A stretch of DNA of 64,000 bases from NCBI RefSeq assembly GCF_004010195.1, contig NC_057718.1:63905905-63969904 (forward strand), written 5' to 3'. This stretch comes from Chiloscyllium plagiosum. Its lineage: Eukaryota. Each line of letters opens with the position of its first letter. The stretch's first letter is position 1. Position numbers and translations under genes: made by a program. The notes under the pieces were generated by a model that worked only from the letters and a program-made list of their open reading frames with translations, searched no databases and was not told where the DNA came from. Below, piece by piece: positions 11,952-23,989 of the stretch.

Positions 11952-13101
11952 GGCTTACTCTAATGCTGGACAGTTGCTCCATTGGAAAGAATTTGACATA
12001 GGCCCATGTATACAATTCTCCAGGCATGGTCACCATCTTGATCACTCCAGTGGGCCTTACTAAGTTACACCCTTGTGTGATCAAGAATCACATCTGGGCC
12101 AGACCAGGTATTCCATTGTGTTTTTACAGAAACTTCCCAGCTTTTGTAGTTATTTCTCCCGGTATCACACGCCAATAGTTTCAGGCCAATGCAAATTCTC
12201 CCTCAAAATAAAGTCATTGTCATAGAGACGCACAGCACAGAAAGAGAACCTTCGGTCCTTGTCGACCAGGTATCCTCAATTAATCTGGTCCCATTTGCCA
12301 GCATGTGGCCCATATCCCTCTAAGCCTTTCCTATTTATGCAGCCTTCCAGATGCCTTTTAAATGTTGCAATTGTACCCACCTCCAGCACATCCTCTGGCA
12401 GCTCATTCCATACATGCACCTCACTCTGAGTGAAAATGTTGCCTCTTAGGTCCCTTTTAAATCTTTCCCCCTCACCCTTAACCCATGTCCTCTAGTTCTG
12501 GACTTGCCCCTCAGGGAAAAGACCTTGTCGATTTACTCTATCCATGCTCCTCATGATTTTATACACTTTTAATCTCTGCCGTTCCAGAGAAAACAGTCCA
12601 GCCTATTTATCTCTCCCTGTAGCTCAAACTCTCCAACCCTGGTAACATCTTTGTAAATTTTTTCTGAACCCTTCCAAGTTTCATAACATCCTTCCCATTG
12701 AATGGAGACCGGAATTGAATGCAATATTTGAAAAGTGGCCTAACCAATGAGCTGTACAGCTGCAAAGTGACCTCCTAACTTCTATACTTGATACTCTGAT
12801 CAATAAGGGAAAGCATACTAAACGCTTTCTTCACTAAGCTATCTACCTGCGACTGCACGTCCCAAGGACTATGACCTTGCACGACAAGGTCTCTTTGTTC
12901 AGCAACACTCCCCAGGACCACATTCCACCCTGACCTTAAATTACCAACACATTCCACCCTGACCTTAAATTTACCTGGACCATCTTTGACACCTCCCTCC
13001 CCTTCCTGGACCTCTCCATCTCCATTAATGATGACCGACTTGACACCGACATTTTTTACAAACCCACCGACTCCCACAGCTACCTGGATTACATCTCTTC
13101 C

Positions 13102-13372
13102 NNNNNNNNNNNNNNNNNNNNNNNNNNNNNNNNNNNNNNNNNNNNNNNNNNNNNNNNNNNNNNNNNNNNNNNNNNNNNNNNNNNNNNNNNNNNNNNNNNN
13201 NNNNNNNNNNNNNNNNNNNNNNNNNNNNNNNNNNNNNNNNNNNNNNNNNNNNNNNNNNNNNNNNNNNNNNNNNNNNNNNNNNNNNNNNNNNNNNNNNNNN
13301 NNNNNNNNNNNNNNNNNNNNNNNNNNNNNNNNNNNNNNNNNNNNNNNNNNNNNNNNNNNNNNNNNNNNNNNN
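13102..13372. other. Assembly gap (N run)
   Basis: Run of N inside a PLE. Confidence 0.99.
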
Positions 13373-13925
13373 CTTCCACATCCATCAAAGTTTTACCTGC
13401 ACATCCCCCAATATCATTTATTGTATCTGTTGCTCCCGATGCGGTCCCCTCTACATTGGGGAGACTGGGCGCCTCCTAGCAGAGCGCTTTAGGGAACATC
13501 TCTGGGACACCCACACCAATCAACCACACAGCCCTGTGGCCCAACATTTCAACTCCCCCTCCCACTCAGCTGAGGACATGGAGGTCCTGGGCCTCCTTCA
13601 CCGCTGCTCTCTCATCACCCGATGCCTGGAGGAAGAACGCCTCATCTTCCGCCTCGGAACACTTCAACCCCAGGGCATCAATGTGGACTTCACCAATTTC
13701 CTCATTTCCCCTCTCCCCACCTCACCCCAGTTCCAAAGGTCCAGCTCAGCACCATCCCCATGACCTGTCCTACTGGCCTAATTTCTTTTCCACCTATCCA
13801 CTCCACCCTCCTCACTGACCTATCACCTTCATCCCCACCCCCACTCACCTATTGTACTCTATGCTACTTTCTCCCCACCCCCAACCTCCGCTCCTTTATC
13901 TCTTCACGCTTCAGGCACTATGCCT

Positions 13926-13965
13926 GTATTCCTGATGAAGGGCTTTTGCCCGAAACGTCGATTTT
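13926..13965 (+). ncRNA. Minimal type-I hammerhead ribozyme motif
   Basis: CTGATGA-A-GGGC tttt GCCC-GAAA-C-GTC. Core boxes are intact; stem I is weak (ATTC/GATT, one mismatch). Confidence 0.65.
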
Positions 13966-14243
13966 CTTGCTCCTCGGATCCTGCCTGATCTTCTGTGCTT
14001 TTCCAGCACTACTCGACTCCAGAATCTGGATTCCAGCATCTGCAGTCATTGTCTTTACCTTACCATTAAGTGTGTAAGTCCTTCCCTGATTTACCTTTCC
14101 AAAATGCAGCACCTCGCATTTATCTAAATTAAACTCTGCCTGCCACTCCTCAGCCCATTGGTCCATCTGATCAAGATCTCATTGTACTCTGTTGTAATTT
14201 TCTTCGCTGTCCATGACACCTCTAATTTTGGTGTCACCCGCAA

Positions 14244-14417
14244 TTATACACTTAATGGTAAGGTCTTAGAGAGTATTGCTGAACAAAGAGACCTTTGAGT
14301 GCAGGTCATAGCTCCTTGAAAGTAGAGTCGCGGGTAGATAGGATAGTGAAGAGGGTGCTTGGTATGCTTTCCTTTATTGGTCAGAGTATTGAGTACAGGA
14401 GTTGGGAGGTCATGTTA
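14244..14417 (+). mobile_element. HER1/CR1 fragment in opposite orientation
   Basis: tacacttaatggtaaggtc...gttgggaggtcatgtt matches 52290-52432. Confidence 0.8.
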
Positions 14418-14430
14418 CCTCTTGTAAAAT

Positions 14431-17180
14431 CATAAGTTCATAAGATATAGGAGCAGAATTAGACCATTAGGCCCATCAAGTCAACTCTGCCATTCAATCA
14501 TGGCTGAGGAGCTCCTCACTCCAATTTTCCTACCTTCTCTGTGTAACCCTTCCACACATTGTCTATTAGAAATCTGTCTAATTACTCCTTAAATTTACTC
14601 ACTGTCCCAACATCTGCCGCACCTTGGGATAACAAATTCCACACATTCACAATGCTTTGAGCAAAGTAGTTTCTCCTCAAATCTGTTTTAAATTTGCTAC
14701 CCCTTATGCTAGGATGCCCCACAAGAGGAAGCATCTGCTGTACGTCTATTTTATCCACACCTTTTATCATCTTGAATACCCAATTTGATCTCCCCTCATT
14801 CTTCCAAATTCCAGAGGCCTAAACTGTTCAATCTCTCTTCATACGACAAACACCTCATCTCTCGGATCAATCTACCGAACCTTCTATGAACTGCCTCCAA
14901 TGCCATTTCATCTTTCCACAAATAAGGGGACCAAAACTGTGCTCAATCCTCCAGTGCGGTCTCAGCAATATCTTGTACAGTTGTAACAATACTTTCTTTT
15001 TTAAAATATTCTATTCCTTTAGCTATAAAACCCAACATTCCATTTGCTTTTTTTTATTATGTGCTGTACATGCATGCTAGTTTTCTGTGACTCATGAATG
15101 GGGATATTCAGATCCCTCTGTACCCAAAGCACCCAAAGTCTCTCCCCATTTAGATAATAGGTCACCTTCCCATTTTTCCAACTAAAATGCATGACCACAC
15201 ACTTATCCAAATTAAACTCCATCTGCCACATTTTGGCCCATTCTCCTAACCTATCTTTATCCATTTGTAAGGTTCTTATTTCCTCATAGCAATTCACCAT
15301 CTCACTTATTTTTGTGCTAATTTTAGCTACAGAGCCTTCTATCTCTGTATCCAAATTGCTAATGTAGATTGTAAATAGCTAGGGGCCAAGGACCGAACCC
15401 TGTGGCAGCCCATAATTACTACTTGCCATCCAGAAAAAAATCCATTTATCCTGACTCTCTGTCATCTGTCCATCAGCCAGTCACCTACCAAACTAATAAA
15501 TTACCCTATTCCCATATAATCCAACCTTGTGAATTAACCTTTTAATGCCTTCAAATGCCTTCTGTAAATCCCGATATATTACATCTACAGAATCCCCATT
15601 ATTCACTTTGCTTGTTACATCTTCGAACAACACTGATAAATTAGTCAAACATGATTTGCCCTTCATAAAGCCAAGCTGACTCTGATGGATAGCGTTTTGA
15701 TTTTCCAAATGTCCTGATATTGCTTCCTTGATAATTGATTCTAACACTTTCCCAACACCAGACGTTAAACCAACTGGTTTGTAATTTTCCACATATTGCC
15801 GTCCTCCCTTTTTGAATACATTTGTATTTTTCCAATCCATTGGGACTTTTCCCATGTCCAGGAAATATCTCTACCGACACTTCCTTTAATACCCTAGTAT
15901 GTAGGCCATCAGGCCTGGGGGACATGTCTGCCCTCAATCCTAATAGTTTGATGGGTACCTTTTCCCTATCGATGTTAATTGCCTCTGACTCTCCTGTTCC
16001 AATAAGAATGGTACTATTGTCCTTCACTGTGAAAGTATTGATGACGCAAAGTATTGATTTAGCATCTCTGCCATTTCAGTTTTCCCCATTATTAACTGTC
16101 AGATTTCATTTTCCAAAGGACCAATATTCACCTTAGCTATTCCCTTTTATACACCAATAGAAGCTTTTGCAATCCTTTTTATATTTTGTAGTAGCTTTTT
16201 TTCATAATTTACATTAGCGCTTTTTCTTAATTTTTTAGTATCCTTTTGTTTATGTTTGAAAGTTTCCCAACCTTCTAGCCTGCCACTGGCCTTTGCAATA
16301 TGACATATAGTGCAACCTCAGTTATCCAAGCATTCGATTATCCATACAAAATACCATGCCGTTTGGATAATCAAGTTTGCCTTAGTTTGTGACTTTATAT
16401 TGTCCTCAACCTCCTTGTTTAGCCATGGATGTTTTTTATCCCCTTTACCATCTTCCTTCCTCACTGGGATATATTTTATACATGTGGAATTGAGTAGCTC
16501 CTTAAACAGCTGCCAATGCTCATCCATTGTCTTATCTTTAAGCCTTCCTGCCCAATCTGTTCAGGCCAAATTTGTCCTAATGGCTATGTAATTTCTTTTG
16601 TTTAATTCCAGAATACTAATGTGGGACTCCACTTTCTCACCCCCAAACTGAATTTTGAATTATATTACACTATGGTCACTACTCCCTAGAGGATCCTTAA
16701 CTATGATGTAATTAATTAATCTCTCCTCATTACACAATACCAAATCCAGAGTAGCCTGCTCCCTGGTGGTTCCACAATATACTGCTCCAAGAAACAATCT
16801 CTAATACATTCAAGTAACTCTGCCTCCAGGCTACCCTCACCAATTTGATTCTTCTAACCTATGTGCATTTAAAATCACCCATGATTCTTCCCATACCTTT
16901 CTTGCAAGTCTCTAATATTTGCTGGTTTATATTGTGCCCCACAGTGGAACTACTGTTTAGGAACCTATAGACTTCTCCTACCAAGTACTTCTTCCCTTTG
17001 CTATTTCTTATTTCTATCCAGACTGATGCCACATCTTGATCTCCCGCGCTTGTGTCATTTCTCATTATAACACTGATCCCTTCCTTCACCAGCAAAGCTA
17101 CACTATCATCTTTTCCTTTCAATCTATCTTTCCAAAATGCTGAGTACCCTTGGATATTCAATTCCAAGACCTGGTCATAT
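14431..17180 (-). mobile_element. CR1 LINE, decayed near-complete ORF2 (APE endonuclease + RT + 3' tail)
   Basis: ELNIQGYSAFWKDR...IMGDF (APE); DWKNTNV.FKKG..NYKPVGLTS, GFMKGKSCLTNL, WQMEFNLDKC (RT). Confidence 0.9.
16308..16377. mobile_element. ~70-bp MITE-like hairpin insertion (pogo/Tigger-like termini)
   Basis: aacctcagttatccaa...ttggataatcaagttt imperfect inverted repeats interrupting the CR1 after TA. Confidence 0.45.
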
Positions 17181-19429
17181 CTCAGTAATCACTACCAAAT
17201 CTCCTCGGTCACCTTTCAGTTTATTCTTTCCTCTTATGTCCAGAGGATGGGGCTTTATATTGCCCATCCCTAATTGCCCTTCAGCCGCCTTCATATAATA
17301 CTTTAATACAATTAGCAAGTGAGTTCGAGGATTTTGATCCTGTAACAGTGAAATCAAAAAATAAGCTGTAGCGTATTGGTCTTTCCTGATAGTTATACCT
17401 TTTCAGTTCTGGTATTATTGCCGCAGATCTTTTTTGAACCTTTTCCATTGCTTTATCTGTCAAATATATTGAGCTCAATTGCACACGTTGTCACAGCAGA
17501 ATTTGAATTCACACCTTTAAATTGATAGTCCAATAGTATAAGCGCTACACACTTATGCATTGTTAATTTTATTGTACTCATGAGGTTTACTCATGTTAAG
17601 TCTTAGTTTCTTACTGTATAAAATTTATCTATGGAAAATTATGTGTAATGATGCAGGGAAAATAATCAAACATTAATGCAGTAGATTGAATGATATTTAA
17701 TTTTGTCCATACCTATTTGATTTTATTCTGGTCATAATTACTCTGACTTCTACATGGGGAAGATGTAGAGCTATCAAGGGTATAGGAATCCCTGGGCTCT
17801 GGGCATGCAGAGGCACATTGATAATAATGTGAAAGGGCTCAACCCAATGCAGTTGGGATTGGGTTGGACTATTAGTATCACTAAAGTAGCAACAGAACGA
17901 GGGAAATGAAGAATCAGGAATAATTCATTAGTCACAGACAGAGCCTGAAAGTCACTTGTGCGAACTTAAAATTACAGCCTTACCATGCTTAGTTGAAAGT
18001 TAACTGCTCAGTAAGTTCTCAAAACGCCTGGGACTGTATACAAAGTAGGAGAAGCAAGTTACTTTATTTCTACTGGCTTGGAGTTAGCAACCTTTTGTTT
18101 TGGAGGGCCTGCAAGGGGCAATTCCAGTAATCAGGCCTTCTGTGATTTAAGCAATGCTAACCTCTACCTTCAATTCTCAGTTCTCCTGGAGATCAGTAAA
18201 TGTCAAATAATGCTGATAAACAGTTAGCCTCAGAAAACAATGAAAATTACATTGTGTTCACTGACTGACACCTTGTGATGTAAGTCTTACTGTAATAAGG
18301 AAGTTAAAAACTGAAACTAATGATTTCAATTGGCAAAATAATCTATAGCAAGTACTGGAAAACAACGTATAGCAGCTATCATGTCCTTACGCAGGAAAGC
18401 CTTGAGAGCCAGGACTCCAGGAATTTTGGGTCCCTATCTGGAATGTGAGATGCCAGCTCCCCTTTCTAAGACATTTCAATTTCCAAAGAGCTCAGTGTTA
18501 AAGGTGGTCCTTGCAGCATCTGAAGTGGAGAGCAGTTAGGCTTTAAAGTGGCGCCAGTGGCTTGTCAGATAATCTCAGGAACAGCAGGAATTTTGCTGCA
18601 TGATTGCACAATAAAAATGCCAAAGAGGCCACTTGCATAATAATTGAGGTGAGGGGTAGAAGATAGTGTGAGAACAATTGCTGTGAGCTAAGACAAAGAA
18701 AGCTGTCGTGAAACTCCCCAAAAATAACACTTAGCCTAAAAATGGGCAGATTCAGCCTACTAGCTTTTGTTACTCTCTCTGCAGATGCAGCAAGGTCTAC
18801 TGAGTCTTTCAAGCAAGTTCTGCCTTTATTTCACATTTCTGACATTTGCAGTATTTTGCCTTTGAATGATGGTGCAGTACTAATCTCAATATTCAGGTAC
18901 ATATTGATTTTACAGCAGAGAAGCAGACTAGAAAGTGCAGCAGGTTTAATGCTATTGGTTAAGCTCTAGGCTGGTCTCCAACCACATTAATAAAGAATAA
19001 TATCATTAAACAATGCTGCAGATGCTGGAGATGCAGATGCTTTATTTCCTACCACTTTAATTTCATCTCACCTTATCAACGCTGATGGTGACTGATACTT
19101 CCTGTGGTGACTTTATATTTAGAATTCAGAAACAGAAAAAGATTTAAGACTCATGGGAGTTGTGAATGGGGTATGTCATAGTAGGTGTGATATGGTAGAT
19201 TGGATAAGTCAAATCCATGGCAGAAACACAACGGGTTAGCAAGAACTTTACTTCCAGATAGAATGGAATAGCAGATGTAAGAAATGCAATGACTTTCTTA
19301 AGTTGCGCAGGATACTTTTGTGCAAGAAGTAGGTCCTAGAGTCAATAAGGGAGAATGTAATATTACCTTAAGTAATGTGAAAAATGCTTAATGTAGTTAA
19401 TAGACTAATGGCGTGTGAACATGATCATA

Positions 19430-19750
19430 TTTATTTATTCTTGAGATTTGGGCATCACTGGCTGGATCAGCATTTATTGCCATACCACGCCAATCCATTT
19501 ACTATAGGTGCTGGAGGTTGATCCACAATGCCATTAGACAGAGACTTCCAGGATTTTGACACAGCGACAGTGAGGAATTGACAATATATTTCCAAGTCAG
19601 GGTGGTGTGTGGATTGGAAAGGAATTTGTAGGTGGTGTTCCCATACATCTGTTGCCCTTGTCCTTCTAGATGGTAGTGTTGATGGGTTTGGAAAATGCTG
19701 ACTAAGGAACCTTAATGAATCGCAGCATCTTATACACTACTACCACTGCT
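19430..19750 (-). mobile_element. CR1/L2-group LINE 3' end
   Basis: Reverse complement of the 3' part of 54590-55520 (ccaggattttgac..., tatttccaagtcagg, gtggtgttcccat). Confidence 0.65.
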
Positions 19751-19940
19751 ACAGTGGGCTGACACCAATTGTTAAAGTTAACCTGAGAATGTAACTTGTA
19801 AAAAATGTTTTGTGATTTACATATGAAAGAAATGAAACTAACATGGTCATTCTAACAGATGAGAGACTTAACAAACATTCAACGTATTTTTCAATGTATA
19901 ATTTCAGTTACATCACACTGTAAACATTTGCTATTAATTG
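19750..19940 (+). mobile_element. PLE 3' UTR fragment (family of 1452-2852)
   Basis: Reverse-complement similarity to 1730-1930. Confidence 0.5.
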
Positions 19941-21214
19941 TGGTTCTGTTCGCCGAGCTGGGAATTTGTGTTGCAGACGTTTCGTCCCCTGTCTAGGTGA
20001 CAAACTCAGTGCTTGGGAGCCTCCTGTGAAGCGCTTCTGTGATCTTTCCTCTGGCATTTGTAGTGGTTTGAATCTGCCGCTTCCAGTTGTCAGTTCCAGC
20101 TGTTCGTTGCAGTGGTCGGTATATTGGGTCCAGGGTCGATGTGCTTATTGATTGAATCTGTGGATGAGTGCAATGCCTCTAGGAATTCCCTGGCTGTTCT
20201 ATTTGGCTTGTCCTATAATAGTAGTGTTGTTCCAGTCGAATTCATGTTGCTTGTCACCTGCGTGTGTGGCTACTAAGGATAGCTGGTCGTGTTGTTTCGT
20301 GGCTAGTTGGAGTTCATGGATGCGGATCGTTAGCTGTCTTCCTGTTTGTCCTATGTAGTGNNNNNNNNNNNNNNNNNNNNNNNNNNNNNNNNNNNNNNNN
20401 NNNNNNNNNNNNNNNNNNNNNNNNNNNNNNNNNNNNNNNNNNNNNNNNNNNNNNNNNNNNNNNNNNNNNNNNNNNGTACTGCAGTGTGTTGTGGCCCTTT
20501 TGAATAGTGTTTTGATGCAACTTCTTTTGTGTGTGTTGGGGTAGTTGATTTCGTAGTTTAGGACTTGTTCTGTGTATGTGGCTTTCCTGTATACCTTTGT
20601 GGTGCATTCTCCATTAGGTGTCCTCTGTACTATAACGTCTAGGAATGGGAGTTGGTTGTCCTTTTCTTCCTCTCTAGTGAATCGGATTCCTGCGAGTGTG
20701 GCGTTGATGATCCGGTATGTGTTCTCTATTTCTGTGTTTTTAATGATTACAAAGGTGTCGTCCACATATCTGACCCAGAGTTTGGGTTGAATTTGCGGTA
20801 AGACTGTTTGTTCTGATCTTTGCATTACCGCTTCTGCTATGAGTCCAGAGATGGGTGAGCCCATGGGTGTGCCATTGATTTGTTCATATATTTGGTTTTT
20901 GAATGTGAAGTGTGTTGTGAGGCACAGGTCCAGTATGCCGTCTTTGTTGATAGGTTTAATGTCCTGCTATCTGTTCTGTATGTCCAACAGGTTGGCTATT
21001 TTTCTCTGGCTAGGGTTTTGTTGATAGAGGTGAACAGTACCTGATCCGCTGATCAGGTGTTTCAGTTTCTGCTGTAGTTCTTTAAGATCAACTGATCCAG
21101 ACACTCTATACAATCAACACAGGAATTCTTGGACATCATCAGAAATATACACATAGATAAGGAAGAAACCATGGTCTCATTCGATGTAACTGTTCACCTC
21201 TATCGACAAAACCC
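19941..21214 (-). mobile_element. Penelope-like element (RT + GIY-YIG), young; contains a gap and a 5' rearrangement
   Basis: ORF 20199-20864 MGSPISGLIAEAVMQ...WVRYVDDTF...LPFLDV...YIGQTGRQL; mutated hammerhead on the minus strand at 19973-20012. Confidence 0.9.
20361..20475. other. Assembly gap (N run)
   Basis: Run of N inside a PLE. Confidence 0.99.
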
Positions 21215-22639
21215 GACAAGGTCCTATCTATTTTCAAAGTATGCATCCATCGATCAAAATGACTATGTTTGATTCTTTCGAATTCAACATAAGTGTGACC
21301 TTTGTGTTTCTGAACCGCTGTCTACATGCTTATGGTACCAATTTGTAAGCACTTAATTTAGCCTGTTTAACCTCTTCGTAATCTCTTGACCTCTCACCTG
21401 ACAGGGTGGCAAATGCCTCACTAACTCTGCCTACCAATTTAGTCTGAACTAGCATTACCCATAAATCCTCAGACCATTCCGTCTGCGTAGCCAATTTTTC
21501 AAATGAAATAAAGAAGGCTTCAACATCTTTCTCATCAGTTTTGACATATTTGTATTTATCACTACCTTTCTCATTTAATCTCCCTCCTTTAACTTGACTT
21601 TGCTGACTAATTCGCAACTTTTCAAGTTCAAATTCTCTCTCTTTTTGCTCAGCTAAGAACCTTGTCTCTCTTCTTTCTCTCTCTCTTTCTCTCTCCCTTT
21701 CTTCTCTCTCTTTGCTCAGCTAAGAGCCTTCTCTCGCTTTCTTTTTTCTCTCTCTTCTCTCTCTCTTTCAACTCTCTCTCTTTGTTTATCTTCTAACTAC
21801 ATTTTCCTGAATTGTAATTTAAGTTTTTCTGCCTCTACTGCACTTGTCTGTTTCTCTGATACATCTAAGTGTCTGAGTAATTCCCTTACAATTTCAGCTT
21901 TACTTTTGTCCTTGGTTAAACCCAAATCTAACTTAGTTGCTAATTTTAAAGGAATGGCCTTTTTCTTTCCTTCTAAACTTTCTTGGCAAATTTGAGAATC
22001 ATCTTTAAATCCCAGAGCCTCTTTAGCAATTTTAAGAGCCATTTCTCTCACTTTTAATTTAATCGAACACAACTCACCGAAATTAAACAAATTGCCTCAC
22101 CTATGTTTTATTTAAAGATCTAGGACACTAACCTGCAAGTATTTAAATCTGCTGGGATTTTTCGTACCTCCAAATCTACTTAAATCTGTCTAAACCAGTT
22201 CAAATCCCAATGACAAGCCCCCAAGATGAGGTAAACCCTCCTGCTTAATTTGAACCAGGCAACACAGAAATGATTTATCCTGTGCTGTAATCTGTGAAAA
22301 TTCGACAGGCCAAGAATTATTTAAAGTAAAAATTAACAAAATTATTTCTTAAAATACAACAGAGAATAATCAACTAACAACTACTTACAACTTGTGTCAT
22401 TGGCTTTTAAGATTGTCAATATACTAAATTCATCTTGATTGGAGTTTGGTATTTTGGGAAGTATAATTTAAACTGATTGGACTAATTCAAATCTGTTTTT
22501 GTTTCCAGGCAACCAGCTACCCCAGCTATCCCAGTAGCTGAACCAGATGTTACATTTTATCTTATTCAGAACACTTCGTGCTGTCAGTTAGTTCTGTTAG
22601 TTTTTAACTCTCTTAAAGGTACAGTACATACACATAATA
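21215..22639 (-). mobile_element. Gypsy (Gmr1-like) partial copy: internally deleted LTR, tRNA-Pro PBS, 5' part of gag
   Basis: MALKIAKEALGF... starts at 22042 and matches gag at 39134. PBS TGGGGGCTTGTCATTGGGAT at 22204-22223 (minus). LTR start tgtactgtacctttaagagag matches 45718-45738. Confidence 0.85.
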
Positions 22640-22892
22640 GGAGAACTAGCCATTCAGCACCTCAAGTCCACACTAACTCTCTGAAGAGCATCCCATCAGG
22701 ACCACTATTCCCCCACCCCATAATGCTGCATTTCCCATGCACCTGACCTGCACATCTTTGGTCTGTGGGAGGCAACCAGAGCACCCAGAGAATGTGTAAA
22801 CTACACGCAGGCAGTCACCCAAGGCTGGAATCAAACCTAGGTTCTTGATGCTGTGAGGCAGCAGTGCTAACCACTGAGCTATTGTGCCACCC
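22640..22892 (-). mobile_element. HE1-type SINE
   Basis: gctgtgaggcagcagtgctaaccactgagc..gtgccacc is the reverse complement of the HE1 tRNA head. Confidence 0.85.
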
Positions 22893-22949
22893 TACAGTAT
22901 ACTAAGGTACTGTCGTATTTCCTAGAGTCCCATCAGCATTTCCGAGAGT

Positions 22950-23850
22950 CCCATCATTCACTGTGTATTCATTACCTTGTTAGTCTTACCAAAATCTCAT
23001 TGCAATTATCAGGATTCAACTCCATTTGCCACTGCTCTATCCATCTGATCAGCCTGCTTATGTCATTCTGTAACCTAAAGACCTCCTTGTCATTTACCAC
23101 ACCAAGAATTTTTATGTTGTCTGCAAATTTACTGATCACACCTCCTACATTCATTCTAGATCATTAATGTACACAACAACCAATAAGGGGCCCAGCACTA
23201 AACCCTGTGGTACACCACATGATGCTGGCTTCCAGTTACAAAAGCAACTTTCAATCTGCACACTCTGCCTCTTGCCATTAAATTAATTTGGATCTAATTT
23301 GCTATATTGCCCTGAGTCCCTTGGGCTTTTACCTTCTTGACCAGTCTCCCATGTAACACTTTATCAAGGACTTACTGAAGTCCATGTTGACTACATTAAA
23401 TGCATTACAGTCATTTACACATCGAGTCACCTTCTCAAAAAATTCAATCAAGTTAGTTAGGCATGTTCTCTGCTTATAAAGCCATTATACTCTTGATTAA
23501 CTAAGTGAAGATTATTTCTGTTACTTAGATTTTTTCCAAAAATTTCCAAACCACTGCTAATAGACTTATGGACCTGTAGTACCTTGGTTTATCCTTATCA
23601 CCCTTCCTGAATAATGGTACTACATTAGTTATCTTTCAGTTCTCCAACATCTCTGTAATGGTCATAGAGGATTTGACAATTAATGTCAGGGTTCCAGCAA
23701 TCTATTTCCATGCCTTTCACAGCAGCCTGAGATACATACTATTAGGGGATTTATGTACTTTCTAGCCCATTAAGGCCATTAATACCTCCTCCCTCTTAAT
23801 GTTAATTTGTTTATGTTATCACAATCTCCCCCCCTCCATAATTTCTATAT
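22950..23850 (-). mobile_element. CR1 LINE RT fragment (old)
   Basis: GGVISKFADNIKI...QWQMELNPDNC. Confidence 0.8.
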
Positions 23851-23989
23851 CTATACAATTGTTTATATTTTTAAAAAGTGGTTAAGTGCAAAGTGAGCCA
23901 CATAATGTTGATATTGCCAATGAAAGGACATAAATGGTATACATAATGAATAATTACTTTGTGGCAGTATTAATAGTAAAGGAAGAGGT

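Larger units (their letters stand above)
12920..14057 (+). mobile_element. Penelope-like element (RT C-term, GIY-YIG, pLTR with hammerhead)
   Basis: LPFLDLSISI...IFYKPTDSHSYLDY and NIIYCICCSRCGPLYIGETGRLLAERFREH (GIY-YIG). Confidence 0.85.
12213..14243 (-). mobile_element. HER1/CR1 LINE fragment, split by a PLE insertion (12920-14057)
   Basis: ...cagcaacactccccaggacc | ttaccattaagtgtgtaagt... is contiguous in the uninterrupted copy near 42500-42540. Confidence 0.85.

Noticed and set aside
14244..14417. Twin-priming 5' inversion of the adjacent CR1
   Set aside because: It duplicates sequence already present at ~12770-12920 with many differences, so it is an independent copy.
21630..21795. 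(TC)n microsatellite
   Set aside because: It is the antisense of the E/R/K-rich coiled-coil coding region of Gypsy gag (compare 39380-39500).
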